The notes below the pieces were generated by a model. That model had not been told where the DNA came from. It saw only the letters and a program-made list of their open reading frames with translations, and did not search any database. Of a stretch of DNA of 35,071 nucleotides, positions 29,820-35,071 are shown in pieces (the stretch's first letter is position 1; each line of letters starts with the position of its first letter). The position numbers and the translations under genes were made by a program. Location: assembly GCA_048213135.1 (NCBI GenBank), contig PS015265.1:23461-58531 (forward strand), in the 5' to 3' direction. Source of the DNA: Reclinomonas americana ATCC 50394 (Eukaryota).

Positions 29820-30430
29820 ACCTGCTGCTGCCTCAAGATTGGTGTTCGTGTTGATGTGCTGGATACGGTTGAACTTGGTCACCAAGACAGCTTTAAACGT
29901 TTGACAGAGCTGCGATTAGAAGATGCACGGATCGATTTGAATTCGCGATTTCGAATTCGAACACCTGCGAACGAAGACGCCGGCGCCGCCAGCCAAGACG
30001 GGAATATGCGGGGATGCCCCGAATAGGGTTGCGATGCTTCTATTGCTCGTGCGCTAGCAGGGGCATGCCTGGTCGCGAATCCGAATTCGAATTCGCGATT
30101 GAAGAACAATCGCGATTGCACACGAATTTCAAAGCCTGGAGTCGCCCTCCAAGACAGGAATGTGCATGGCTATCCCGAATACTATTGCAAAGCTGCAAGT
30201 GGTCTTGCGCAGGTCCGCAGCACATTCTTGTTCGCGCACTGCGAATTCGCGAAATCGATGGAATTCGAATGTCGAACATCTGAAATTGATGCCTGCCGCG
30301 ACCGCTGCGTTCAAGATCGGTGTGTTCTCTTCCCTCTGATATTGCGCTTCTGTTGCTCGTGCCGTGCGCCAGAGACTTTCGTGCCCCGAAATCGAATTCG
30401 AATTCGAACACCTGCAGCTGCAACTCAAGC
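29820..30430. repeat. Degenerate ~155-bp tandem repeat (about 4 units) rich in GAATTCG/TTCGAA/TCGCGA
   Basis: gaattcg clusters near 29939, 30084, 30243, 30395. caaga(c/t) anchors at about 29834, 29994, 30150, 30312. cgaattcgaacacctgc is exactly repeated near 29952 and 30399. Confidence 0.6.
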
Positions 30431-30579
30431 AAAACAGCCTGCCGCCGCCTGTGTACATTAATATCCTGCATTCGCTGCTGTTGCTCGCATGCGCAGCTGG
30501 GCAAATGGAAAAAACGCAGAATGGCGCGAACCTCCACTGTCCCACGCGAGCACTGTCCACAGTTAACTCACACGCAGTC

Positions 30580-35069
<4,490 letters not shown>

Positions 35070-35071
35070 CG

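Noticed and set aside
29930-30420. Heat-shock elements in the GAA/TTC-rich region
   Set aside because: Most GAA/TTC pairs are directly adjacent (GAATTC, TTCGAA) rather than in the nGAAn pentamer spacing. Only isolated two-unit matches are present.

Overview
Eukaryotic, GC-rich, intron-dense genomic DNA (probably a protist; taxon not determinable here) with seven N-gaps. Most of the six-frame ORF track is noise from introns and low-complexity tracts, so gene models were rebuilt by hand with every splice phase checked. In order: (1) a giant (>2,080 aa, truncated by a gap) signal-peptide-bearing fibronectin type III repeat protein on the minus strand; (2) a head-to-tail array of six intronless WD40 beta-propeller genes or pseudogenes, hypervariable at ligand-face positions and sharing an unrecognised Cys-rich C-terminal domain; (3) a 13-exon four-TM claudin/PMP22-like gene; (4) a FAM221-family gene with a long RPxSA-containing tandem repeat; (5) an ankyrin-repeat gene trailed by only the C-terminal remnant of a protein kinase domain; (6) a bacterial-type GNAT acetyltransferase with one intron; (7) a PH-domain AGC kinase (Akt/PKB-like) running off the window. 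The most striking signal is in splicing. 15 of 41 modelled donors are of a GTTG class (13 GTTGCG, one GTTGAG, one GTTGCA; consensus GTTGCGT), i.e. the usual GTG(C/A)GT motif displaced by one nucleotide. These mostly lack the exonic -1 G that nearly all other donors have, suggesting large-scale use of a shifted 5' splice-site register. All models are unverified by RNA or database searches.
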